The notes under the pieces: generated by a model
What the model was told of the DNA's origin: nothing
The model's database searches: none
What the model saw: the letters and a program-made list of their open reading frames with translations, nothing else
Made by a program: the position numbers and the translations under genes
Shown here: in pieces, positions 10,077-19,197 of the stretch
Layout: every line of letters begins with the position of its first letter
Position numbering within the stretch: the first letter of the stretch is position 1
Origin: Candidatus Bathyarchaeia archaeon
GTDB lineage: Archaea; Thermoproteota; Bathyarchaeia; Bathyarchaeales; Bathycorpusculaceae
DNA length: 64,000 nucleotides
Direction: 5' to 3'
Assembly: GCA_038882955.1 (NCBI GenBank)
Contig: JAVZNC010000003.1
Coordinates: 96,001 to 160,000 of the forward strand

Positions 10077-10295
10077 ATGGGTGAAAGACTTAAAGTATTC
10101 GCGCTAGTAGCGGTTTTGGGCTTCATAGCAGGAGTAATTGCAGATCTAACCGCAACATACATTATACCAGCACTCGCAGCAATTCTGCCAGCCTTCCTCA
10201 ACGCAAGATACATCCTATCGGGACTTGCAGGCGCAGTACTAACGCTTGTGCTTGTCAGTGTTTGGGCCTACATAACAGGGCCATCAGAAAAGTAA
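10077..10295 (+). CDS. Small two-TM membrane protein divergent from cdv operon
   Basis: GGTGA RBS, two hydrophobic helices. Confidence 0.75.
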   Translation: MGERLKVFALVAVLGFIAGVIADLTATYIIPALAAILPAFLNARYILSGLAGAVLTLVLVSVWAYITGPSEK

Positions 10296-10346
10296 ACTCT
10301 CTCCCCTCCCCTTTCTCTCATGCAAAATTTTAGTTTTGGCTCTATT

Positions 10347-10417
10347 TTGGACTCGGGAGCGGAAAAAGCAATCATCCGCCATCAGCGTCAGCGTACCTCG
10401 ACTTCCTCATAGTCCAA
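10347..10417 (-). ncRNA. Box C/D guide sRNA, probable target the 23S C2498 equivalent
   Basis: Terminal stem UUGGACU/AGUCCAA, C box AUGAGGA, guide AGUCGAGGUACG, D' CUGA, C'-like UGAUGG, D-like CCGA. Confidence 0.7.
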
Positions 10418-10478
10418 CATCTAAATTAGTTAACTCTAAAATATTTACATTTACAGTAATTCTGTTAGGCATGATAAA

Positions 10479-11270
10479 ATGTGTGGCATATTTGGGTTCG
10501 TATTAAATAAGCCGGTTCCCCTTGTCAAAGTTTTTAGGGTTCTCGCGAAACTGGAAGTTCATCAGTATACACATGAGCCAAAACCTGTCGGCGGCTTCGG
10601 CGCCGGTGTAGCTGTACTTGACGACGATGGAAATGTTTTATTGAAGAAAGTTGGAGATGTTGGCGGTTCCCCAGTTAGGCGATTGTCCAAAATTGTTGAT
10701 GTTGATGTAGCGCGTGCTTTAGTTGGACATGTGCGTATGCCAAGCCCACAGTTTATGAAAACAGCGAAATTTAGGGAAACAGCACAGCCATACATTACGC
10801 GATGTTTCAGTAATTTAATGTTGATTTCTGCTCACAATGGAAATGTGGCAAACTATAAGACTTTGAGAGAAAAAATCGGCGCAAAGCACGTTTTTGAATC
10901 GGAAAAAATAGAGCTTATTGATTCAGAGGTTATTCCACACTTGTTCGAAGAACTTTTAGCAGAAAAATGTGACCCAAGCAAAGCTGTTGAAGCGCTTTTC
11001 CATTTTCTAGAAGGATCAAACACTTTTAGTATCTTGCAAATCGAAAAGAATCGTTTGTTGTTGCACATCGTCCACAAAGGAAAAACAAGAGGGCTAACAA
11101 TATGGAAAAATGGCGTTGGAGAGGTAATTTTTTGCTCCAGAAAAGAGCCTCTAATGGAAAAGTTTAATGAAATTCTTATTGAGGGAAAATTTGAAGAGTA
11201 CGTTTCAATTCCATACGGCGAAGAAGGAAACTTGAAGACGACTTTGCCTTTTAAATCATGGTGTAAATAA
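10479..11270 (+). CDS. Stand-alone class II (Ntn) glutamine amidotransferase-domain protein
   Basis: MCGIFG N-terminus, GHVR, AHNG, DSEVI. Confidence 0.85.
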   Translation: MCGIFGFVLNKPVPLVKVFRVLAKLEVHQYTHEPKPVGGFGAGVAVLDDDGNVLLKKVGDVGGSPVRRLSKIVDVDVARALVGHVRMPSPQFMKTAKFRETAQPYITRCFSNLMLISAHNGNVANYKTLREKIGAKHVFESEKIELIDSEVIPHLFEELLAEKCDPSKAVEALFHFLEGSNTFSILQIEKNRLLLHIVHKGKTRGLTIWKNGVGEVIFCSRKEPLMEKFNEILIEGKFEEYVSIPYGEEGNLKTTLPFKSWCK

Positions 11271-11545
11271 TAAATAGAAATGTTAGCATCTAGATTTTGA
11301 GGAGAGTTTTACATGAACCTTTTGAAGGCGAAAGTACAATATCTGAAAACGAGAGAAGTCTAAGAAGAAAAAGAAAAACACGTAAAGGAGTTATAATTTC
11401 ACTTTTGATACGTCTCATGAAGAAATCTCTCTGTTATGCTTTGCTTTTCTTCTATGAATGTAAATATATGCATGGTTCTATCAATAAATATGAAATGTCA
11501 TTAAAAGTTTTAATAACAAACTATTGAGAACTGTTCTCTTAACGC

Positions 11546-12820
11546 GTGTTCGATATGAATGAAGGGGAAGTCCAAAAATCAAAGCTTAAGCCTGCTTTGG
11601 GGTTGTTTGACGCTACGGCCATAAGTGTAGGCGCAATCGTAGGCGCGGGCATATTTGTTGTCACTGGCATTGCGGCTGGTTTGGCTGGTTCGGCTGTTGT
11701 TGTTTCCATGCTTTTAGCAGCTGTAATTGCATTATTCACGGCATTAAGCTTTGCAGAACTTGCTGCTTGGCAACCACTGGAAGGAAGCATTTACGAGTAT
11801 GCCTATCAATTGATTTCGCCTTTTGCTGGCTTCTTGGTTGGGTGGATGTGGATACTCTCAAACACTTTTGTAGGCGCCGCGGTATCCCTTGGATTCGCAA
11901 GCTACTTTACGGCTATATTTCCAGCTTTTCCAGCCAACTGGATTGCAGCAATCCTCTGTATATTCTTCACCTTGTTGAACTTTTTTGGAATCCGCCAATC
12001 AGCACTTCTCAACAATTTCTTGGTTGCCGCAAAACTTCTTGTACTAGCATTCTTTATCGTGTTTGGCTTGGCTTACATTAAACCCGAAAATTATGTGCCA
12101 TTTAAACCCTTAGATGTCGGAATGATTTACGGTGCATGCTACATTTTCTTTGCCTACGCAGGATTCGCTAGGGTTGCTGTTGTCGCCGAGGAGATTCGGG
12201 ATGCGAGGCGAAACGTTCCAAGGGCGATACTGCTCTCGCTTGTTATATCAGCCGTCGTTTACATACTTGTTGGCTTAGTAGCCGTTGGGCTTGTAGGCGC
12301 AACTAGCCTTTCTAGTTCAAATTCGCCTTTAACTGAAGCAATTCGCACCACGGAAAATACAGTTGCAGTTTACATAGTTTCTGCTGGCGGCTTGCTCGCA
12401 ACAGCAAGCGTGTTACTGACCGCAATTTTAGGCGTTTCCCGCATGGCTTACGCCATGGCGAGAAGAAATGATATCCCACAAGCCTTGGGCAAGCTTCACC
12501 CAAAATACAATACACCACACCTTTCCATATGGGCTGTCGGCATTTTAATGGCTCTTCTCGTTTTATTTGTTGACCTTTCAAGCGTCGTAGCCATAAGCAC
12601 GTTTGCCTTGCTTTTCTACTATGCGATGGCTAATGTTTCTGCATTAAAAATAAATGTTCAAGGCAGATTGTATCTGCGCGTTATTCCAGTTTTAGGTGTA
12701 CTTACATGTGCCGCCTTGGCAGTTTTCATTCTGTTTGTTTCACCGCAAGCTTGGATTGTGGGCGCTGCTGGGTTATTAGCTGGCATGGTTTACTATTTTG
12801 CTAGAAAAGGGTTACGCTAA
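11546..12820 (+). CDS. APC-family amino acid permease
   Basis: GAIVGAGIF, FAYAGF, about 12 TM helices. Confidence 0.9.
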   Translation: MFDMNEGEVQKSKLKPALGLFDATAISVGAIVGAGIFVVTGIAAGLAGSAVVVSMLLAAVIALFTALSFAELAAWQPLEGSIYEYAYQLISPFAGFLVGWMWILSNTFVGAAVSLGFASYFTAIFPAFPANWIAAILCIFFTLLNFFGIRQSALLNNFLVAAKLLVLAFFIVFGLAYIKPENYVPFKPLDVGMIYGACYIFFAYAGFARVAVVAEEIRDARRNVPRAILLSLVISAVVYILVGLVAVGLVGATSLSSSNSPLTEAIRTTENTVAVYIVSAGGLLATASVLLTAILGVSRMAYAMARRNDIPQALGKLHPKYNTPHLSIWAVGILMALLVLFVDLSSVVAISTFALLFYYAMANVSALKINVQGRLYLRVIPVLGVLTCAALAVFILFVSPQAWIVGAAGLLAGMVYYFARKGLR

Positions 12821-12823
12821 AAA

Positions 12824-15250
12824 CTACTTCTTTTCCTTCCTCTTTAGCATATTCTCCAAGACTGGGCGCAGTTTCTCATTTTCGGCTTTAATGCGCTCCT
12901 TTCCAAGCGCGCGCATTTGCTCAGTCATCTCCCTGATAATTTCCGCGAACTTGACGCCTTCAGCTGCTGAAACATATTCCACACGGAACCGCTCTGGGCT
13001 TAATCCAAGCTTATGAAGCATAGGCGCCAACGCATCCATTCTAGCCTTCATCTTCCAGTTTCCACTTATATAGTGGCAGTCATATGGCAAGTGACAAGCA
13101 GCAACAAGAACCATTCCAGCGCCAAGCCTTAATGCTTCTAAGACAAAATCGCGGTCAACCCTCCCAGAACACATAACCCTTATCGGACGTATCGTTGGCG
13201 GATACTCAAACCTACTCGTTCCAGCCAAGTCCGCGCCCGCGTAACTGCACCAGTTACAAAGGAAAGCCAAAATCTTATCTTCCGGGTTTGTTTCTAGGGC
13301 AGCTCTTATTTGAGCAAAGATTTGCGCGTCCGTGAAGTGCATCTGTTGTATGGCGTCTGCTGGACACTCTGCAACGCATGTTCCGCAGCCGTGGCACATG
13401 GCAGTTATCACTTGGGCTGGCTTTTTTTCTTCTGCCCTTATTGCTCCGTAGGGGCATCTTTCGGCGCAAATGCCACACTTTGTTGTAACGTTTCTGCATT
13501 TCGTCGCATCAACAACAGCCACTATAGGCTCTATTTTCCACTTTGGCTTGGAAAGAACCGTTGCTGCTCTTGAGGCCGCTCCGCAACCTTGCGAAACACT
13601 GTAGGGTATGTCCTTCGGCGCTTGGCATGCTCCGGCTAGGAATATTCCGTCTGTTGGAGCATCCAAAGGCTTAAGTTTCGGGTGACTTTCCATGAAGAAA
13701 CCGTCTGCACCGCGTGTTAGGTTTAAGATTCTGGCTATTTCTTCAGCGCCTTTCTTTGGTATGGCCGCTGTTGCCAAAACAACCATTTCCGCTTCGATTT
13801 CTATTGGTTGTCCAAGCGTCATGTCTTCAGCGTGGATAAGTAAGTTCTTTGTTTCGGGAATCTCCAAAATGCGGCTTACCCTTCCGCGGATGAAGTTTAC
13901 GCCCAACTCGCGTGCACGTTGATAGAATTCTTCAAAACCCTTGAAGTTTGTTCGCATGTCCATGTAGAAAACGTAGACTTCCACGTTTTCCTTGTATTTC
14001 TCCTTAAGTTGAACAACATGCTTTAAGGTGTACATGCAGCAGAAGTTCGAGCAGTACGGGTACTTGCTCGCATCTCTAGAGCCTACGCATTGGATGAAAG
14101 CGACACTGTGGGGTTTTTGTCCATCGGAAGCCCTAACAACCTTTCCGCCTGTTGGTCCAGCGGCGAGTATGAGCCTTTCAAACTCTAGGGAGGTTATCAC
14201 GTTTGTGTATTTTCCATAACCGTAAAGTGGCATATCGTACGGTAGGTAAATGTCATAGCCTGTTGCAACAACAATCGCGCCTACTTCCAGTTCTATTTCT
14301 TCTGGTTGTTGTTCAAAGTTTATGGCTTGCCTCGCACCACAAGCGTCGACACACTTGTAGCATTCAATGCAATAATCCTTATTTATCGTGTAAACGAGCG
14401 GGACAGCTTGGTCAAATGGAACTGATATGGCTTTTCTCACGCCTAGATTCATGTCCCACTCGTTTGGATACTCTATTGGACAAGCGTCTTTGCATTCGCC
14501 GCATCCAGTGCAGTTTTCGGCAATAACATAACGCGGGTTCTTCCTAATTTTAACCTTGAAGTTGCCGATGTACCCGCTTACGCTCAGCAAATCAGCATAA
14601 GCGATGATTTCTATGTTTGGGTGCCTTCCAACATCAACCATCTTTGGTCCTTCGATGCATATTGAACAGTCCAGTGTTGGAAACGTCTTATCCAACTGCG
14701 CCATGTGTCCGCCTATGCTTTCGCTTTTTTCAAGCAAGTAAACCTTGAAGCCCATTTCCGCCAAGTCTAGGGCAGCGTTCATTCCAGCAATTCCACCGCC
14801 AACCACAAGTGCCTTGTTGGTGACTGGAACCTCTATGGTTTGTAGGGGTTGAAGCAGCCTTACTTTCGCTACTGCCATCTTAATTAAGTCTTTGGCTTTT
14901 TCCGTTGCCTCTTTAGGTGTGCTTGGATGACACCAAGAAGAGAATTCGCGGATGTTCGCCATCTCGAAAAGAAACGGGTTCAAATTAACGTCTGAAACTG
15001 TTCTTCTGAAGGTTGGTTCGTGCATTCGCGGCGAGCATGCCGCAACAACAACACGGTTGAGCTTATGTTCCTTTATGGCTTTTCTGATCTCCTCTTGTCC
15101 AGGGTCTGCACATGTGTAACGGTTATCCTTCACATAAACAACATTTGGCAATGTTTTCGCGTATTCGACAAGCTCTTTTATGTCTAGGACTCCAGCTATG
15201 TTTAGTCCGCAGTGGCATATGAAAACTCCAATTCTCGGTTCTTCAGCCAT
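12824..15250 (-). CDS. hdrA: Heterodisulfide reductase subunit A fused to MvhD
   Basis: ICHCGLNI, GGGIAG FAD site, DKTFPTLDC, QCVGSRD, ferredoxin motifs, and C-terminal CNWCSYAGAD...VMCSGR...CHY MvhD domain. Confidence 0.95.
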   Translation of the reverse strand: MAEEPRIGVFICHCGLNIAGVLDIKELVEYAKTLPNVVYVKDNRYTCADPGQEEIRKAIKEHKLNRVVVAACSPRMHEPTFRRTVSDVNLNPFLFEMANIREFSSWCHPSTPKEATEKAKDLIKMAVAKVRLLQPLQTIEVPVTNKALVVGGGIAGMNAALDLAEMGFKVYLLEKSESIGGHMAQLDKTFPTLDCSICIEGPKMVDVGRHPNIEIIAYADLLSVSGYIGNFKVKIRKNPRYVIAENCTGCGECKDACPIEYPNEWDMNLGVRKAISVPFDQAVPLVYTINKDYCIECYKCVDACGARQAINFEQQPEEIELEVGAIVVATGYDIYLPYDMPLYGYGKYTNVITSLEFERLILAAGPTGGKVVRASDGQKPHSVAFIQCVGSRDASKYPYCSNFCCMYTLKHVVQLKEKYKENVEVYVFYMDMRTNFKGFEEFYQRARELGVNFIRGRVSRILEIPETKNLLIHAEDMTLGQPIEIEAEMVVLATAAIPKKGAEEIARILNLTRGADGFFMESHPKLKPLDAPTDGIFLAGACQAPKDIPYSVSQGCGAASRAATVLSKPKWKIEPIVAVVDATKCRNVTTKCGICAERCPYGAIRAEEKKPAQVITAMCHGCGTCVAECPADAIQQMHFTDAQIFAQIRAALETNPEDKILAFLCNWCSYAGADLAGTSRFEYPPTIRPIRVMCSGRVDRDFVLEALRLGAGMVLVAACHLPYDCHYISGNWKMKARMDALAPMLHKLGLSPERFRVEYVSAAEGVKFAEIIREMTEQMRALGKERIKAENEKLRPVLENMLKRKEKK

Positions 15251-15251
15251 T

Positions 15252-16184
15252 TTATGTGCTCCTCCATCCAAGCCTTTTCCCCACGGACTCCAAAACCTTC
15301 TGCGAGCTTTTCGCTTTCAACTCCTTACTCATCTCAATCGGAGAGGCTATTCTCTCCAAAACCTTGTTCCACGTTCCAGAGCGAATTGACGTGTGAAAAA
15401 CTCTGGTTCGCTTAAGCTCCAATGCCTCTTCAACCGGACAGACGGCTTTGCACGCTCCACAGTAAATGCAAAACAGCTCATTCACATGCACCTTTTTGTC
15501 TTCTTCTGAAAGGTAAAGCGCCCCAGTTATTGGGCAAACATCCAAGCAGTCTGTGCAGCCTTCTGGACACTTTTCTTGGTGTATTAGGATTTTTCCTTGA
15601 AGGAACTTGCGCACTTGCATGACGCCTTCTGGACATTTGACTTCGCATATTCTGCAACATGGGCAATGCTCCACGTCAACATCAACTTGCACTTTAAGCT
15701 CTTTCTTCTGTTTTTTGGTCAAAGACTTTAAATTTTCAACAATTTTTCCATCCAGAGTTAACCTTTTAATCTTGATTAGGTTTAGTGGACATGCCTCCTC
15801 GCATTCAACACAATCCACGGGACATTTGCTTGCATCTACCCTTATTTCACGTATCAATTGTGGGAAACTTTCCTTCTCAACGATTGAAAGTGCATGTTCG
15901 CCGTTAACCGTTACTTTTATCGCGCCATATGGGCAAAGTACGTCACATATTCCGCAAAAATTGCATTTTTTCAAGTCTATGTCGACTTTTGCCCTTTTCG
16001 CTTTTTCTCCTTGAACTTTTGGCTGTCTTTCAACTTTTATTGCCTCTTTTGGGCAAGCCAAGGCGCAGATTTGGCAGCCAACACACAAGTTTTTGTCAAG
16101 ATTAAGCTTGTAATTTTTTACGTGTAAAATCCATTCTAGTGTTAGGGCTTTTGCCGTTTCGGTTTTCGCTGTTTTTAGCGGCAT
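15252..16184 (-). CDS. Polyferredoxin (MvhB/FwdF-like)
   Basis: Six CxxCxxCxxxCP-type motifs. Confidence 0.9.
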   Translation of the reverse strand: MPLKTAKTETAKALTLEWILHVKNYKLNLDKNLCVGCQICALACPKEAIKVERQPKVQGEKAKRAKVDIDLKKCNFCGICDVLCPYGAIKVTVNGEHALSIVEKESFPQLIREIRVDASKCPVDCVECEEACPLNLIKIKRLTLDGKIVENLKSLTKKQKKELKVQVDVDVEHCPCCRICEVKCPEGVMQVRKFLQGKILIHQEKCPEGCTDCLDVCPITGALYLSEEDKKVHVNELFCIYCGACKAVCPVEEALELKRTRVFHTSIRSGTWNKVLERIASPIEMSKELKAKSSQKVLESVGKRLGWRST

Positions 16185-16284
16185 CTTACAGCCAACCTAT
16201 TGTTGATATGCCACTTATAATGGAAATATAGCCTATGTTGAACCTTCATATATAGTTTAGTTTTAACTTTGTAAAATTTTCACA

Positions 16285-16839
16285 TCAAAGTTTGACGCAA
16301 ATCGCCACATAACACTTCAAGCTTTCATCTTTAAATTTAACACTCTTCAGATTCGCACTCAACAATAACTTTTGAAATTGCTCCAAAGTGAAAGCCTTCT
16401 TCATGCCCGTTACAATAATTTTGGCTTTTCCCTTTGCAACGCGCCCGATCTCTGCCAAAGTTTTAGCTGGTTCAGGCATGTTCTGAAGAACCGTAACGCC
16501 AAAAACATAGTCAAAAAGGCCTTCTCGAAATGGCATGTTATCAGCATCAGCCAAAATCAAATGCGCGTTTTCAAGATTTTTAGCACTTTTCTTTGCTTCT
16601 TGCAGTGTCTTCCTAGAAATGTCCACTCCGACAACCATCTTTGCTTTGTTAACAATGTAGTTTAACAATATTCCAGTTCCACAACCTGCATCCAAAACTA
16701 AAGAATGCCTTTTGATCGTTATTTCCCCAAGCGCAACCTCAATCTTTTGTTTCTGCTCTTCAGCATAACGCATATCATACAAGTGCGCTGTTATGTCGTA
16801 AAGCCTCATTATTTCACGCTTTTTGTCCCACTCGCTCAT
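16285..16839 (-). CDS. Class I SAM-dependent methyltransferase
   Basis: VLDAGCGTG, GVDIS, ADADNMPF. Confidence 0.9.
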   Translation of the reverse strand: MSEWDKKREIMRLYDITAHLYDMRYAEEQKQKIEVALGEITIKRHSLVLDAGCGTGILLNYIVNKAKMVVGVDISRKTLQEAKKSAKNLENAHLILADADNMPFREGLFDYVFGVTVLQNMPEPAKTLAEIGRVAKGKAKIIVTGMKKAFTLEQFQKLLLSANLKSVKFKDESLKCYVAICVKL

Positions 16840-16899
16840 AAGCGCCTCTTCTCAGAAGTCTTATGTAGTTAATGTTCTTGTAAATTTATTGGATGAATA

Positions 16900-17694
16900 T
16901 TGACTGAACAAAAGCCCCTAACCGTTCTGGTAAACCCAAATGTCGCAGAAGCGGAGAAAATTATTAAAGATGCTGTTTCCCGTCACAAAACACTACTTCT
17001 GGTTGGTAAATGCTGGGTGCACTACAGCGGAAGGGCAAAATCCAGACTTGAACCAGGAGAACGTATACTGATCATAAAAGAGGATGGCTCGCTGCTTGTC
17101 CACCGTTCAGTCGGCTATGAACCGGTCAACTGGCAACCGCCAGGCTGCATATTTCATGCTCAAACGCGGAACGGCGTTTTAGAGATTCACGCTGTTAGGC
17201 AAAAGCCACCAGAATCCGTCAAAGTGTTTTTCGACGAAATCAAGCTGGTTTCAGCTCTAAGCCTCATTGATTCTGGAGAATTTGCATTGTACGCAAGCGA
17301 AGAAGATATGCATAAGGCTATATTATCTGAGCCTTCAATTTTGGAGGAAGGCTTCAAACCAATAAGTTATGAGAAAAAGGTTGAGCCTGGCTTTGTAGAT
17401 GTTTACGGTGTGGACAAGGATGGAAAGCTTGTTGTTGTCGAAGTTAAACGCAGAACAGCTGGCAGAGAGGCGGTGTTCCAACTTGCCAAGTACATAGAAG
17501 CGATTAAATCTAAATCGAATAGAGAAATCAGAGGGATTCTTGTCGCGCCAAGTATTGCAAAGGATGTTCAAAAGTTGCTGTTAACTCTTGGGTTGGAGTT
17601 TAAGGCTTTAGACCCGAAGAAATGTGCAGAAATACTGAAGAGAGCAGAAGCTAGGAAGTTGGAGTCGTTCTTTAGGGAGGAAACTGCACAATGA
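16900..17694 (+). CDS. nucS: Mismatch-specific endonuclease NucS/EndoMS
   Basis: YSGRAKS, PVNWQPPG, VD...VVVEVKRR, QLAKY. Confidence 0.95.
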   Translation: MTEQKPLTVLVNPNVAEAEKIIKDAVSRHKTLLLVGKCWVHYSGRAKSRLEPGERILIIKEDGSLLVHRSVGYEPVNWQPPGCIFHAQTRNGVLEIHAVRQKPPESVKVFFDEIKLVSALSLIDSGEFALYASEEDMHKAILSEPSILEEGFKPISYEKKVEPGFVDVYGVDKDGKLVVVEVKRRTAGREAVFQLAKYIEAIKSKSNREIRGILVAPSIAKDVQKLLLTLGLEFKALDPKKCAEILKRAEARKLESFFREETAQ

Positions 17695-18602
17695 TTCGCA
17701 AAATTGATCCGTTAGCCTTCGACAGCTTCGGCGTCCGTTCAATGGCAACGTTCATCGAAACTGACGACTTAAAAATCTTGATAGACCCTGGAGTTGCTTT
17801 GGCGCCAATCCGCTACGGGTTAGAACCCCACCCCCTAGAGTGGCAAAGGCTGGATGAAACTTGGGAAGTCATCAAGCAGTATGCGGAGAATGCTGATGTT
17901 TTAATTGTTACGCATTATCATTATGACCATCATGATCCAGACTACCCAGAACTTTATAGGAATAAGGTGGCATTCATAAAGCATCCAACAGAAAACATTA
18001 ACAGAAGCCAAAAAGAACGCGCAGCACTCTTCCTTGAAGCGATAAGGGATATGCCGAAAAAACTTGAAATTGCCGATGGCAGAAGCTTCCATTTTGGAAA
18101 AACAGCGATAAAATTTTCAAAGGCTGTTTGCCACGGGACAAATCCGCGTCTCGGGTACGTAACAGAAGTCAGCATCAAATGTAACAGCGAAAGTTTTCTG
18201 TTCACTTCTGATGTTGAAGGTCCATCGCTTGACGAGCAGATAAGCTTTATTCTAGAGGAGAAGCCCGACATCATATTCGTTGATGGTCCAATGACTTACA
18301 TGCTTGGTTATCGCTATTCCTTCAAAAGCCTTGAAATCTCAAACAACAACCTTGTTAAAGCTATAAAACAAACGCGTGTGCAGACGCTTGTTTTGGACCA
18401 CCATTTTCTGAGGGATTTAAATTACAAGTTGAGGATTAAGCCAGTTTACGAAGCAGCGGAAAAGCGTGGCGTAAAAGTATTAACCGCCGCGGAGTTTTGT
18501 GGAAGAAAAATTGAGATGCTTGAAGCTTTAAGGAAGGAATTGTACGCGAAGCACACCAAAGAAGAGTTTAAGTTTGAAAGGCGCGCGCTGAAAAGCGACT
18601 AG
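17691..18602 (+). CDS. Metallo-beta-lactamase-fold hydrolase (UPF0282-like)
   Basis: DSFGVRSMAT, THYHYDHH, DHHFLRD. Confidence 0.9.
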   Translation: MIRKIDPLAFDSFGVRSMATFIETDDLKILIDPGVALAPIRYGLEPHPLEWQRLDETWEVIKQYAENADVLIVTHYHYDHHDPDYPELYRNKVAFIKHPTENINRSQKERAALFLEAIRDMPKKLEIADGRSFHFGKTAIKFSKAVCHGTNPRLGYVTEVSIKCNSESFLFTSDVEGPSLDEQISFILEEKPDIIFVDGPMTYMLGYRYSFKSLEISNNNLVKAIKQTRVQTLVLDHHFLRDLNYKLRIKPVYEAAEKRGVKVLTAAEFCGRKIEMLEALRKELYAKHTKEEFKFERRALKSD

Positions 18603-18657
18603 GGCTTTTGAGGAAAAGGTAATTAATGTGTTCAATTATCTAGTTTTGGGTTTGCAT

Positions 18658-19191
18658 ATGAACATCTGGAAGGATATTCCGTCAGGCGATAAGCCGCCAC
18701 AACTGCTCAACATGGTTGTCGAAGTCATAAGCGGCTCAAGAGACAAGTATGAGTACCATCTTAAATGGGAAACATTCGTCCTAGACCGCATAATACCCTC
18801 TTCAGTCGTTTTTCCAGTGGATTACGGGTTTGTTCCGCAAACGTGGTTCGATGATGATGACCCGCTTGACATTATGGTTTTAAGCTATGAACCATTGGAG
18901 GTCGGGTGCATAGTCAAGGTGCGCGTCATAGGTGCATTAATAATTGAGGATGAGAAGGGTGAAGATCCTAAAATGTTGTCTGTGCTTGTTAACGATGCCA
19001 GATTCGATGGATACATGGACATAAGTGATGTCCACAAACACCAGCTTGTTGAAATCCAAGAGTTTTTCGAAACTTATAAGAGGCTTGAGCCGCACAAGTG
19101 GGTTAAATTCAAAGAGTGGAAAAACGCCAAGCAAGCCATGGAAATCGTAAACTACGCCATTGAAAAATTTAAGAAATTAAACGTAAAGTAG
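18658..19191 (+). CDS. ppa: Inorganic pyrophosphatase (family I)
   Basis: KYEY, YGFVPQT, DDDPLD, DEKGEDPK. Confidence 0.95.
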   Translation: MNIWKDIPSGDKPPQLLNMVVEVISGSRDKYEYHLKWETFVLDRIIPSSVVFPVDYGFVPQTWFDDDDPLDIMVLSYEPLEVGCIVKVRVIGALIIEDEKGEDPKMLSVLVNDARFDGYMDISDVHKHQLVEIQEFFETYKRLEPHKWVKFKEWKNAKQAMEIVNYAIEKFKKLNVK

Positions 19192-19197
19192 TTGTCT

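Noticed and set aside
11297-11527. 76-aa ORF in an AT-rich gap
   Set aside because: No RBS or recognisable motif; low-complexity intergenic DNA
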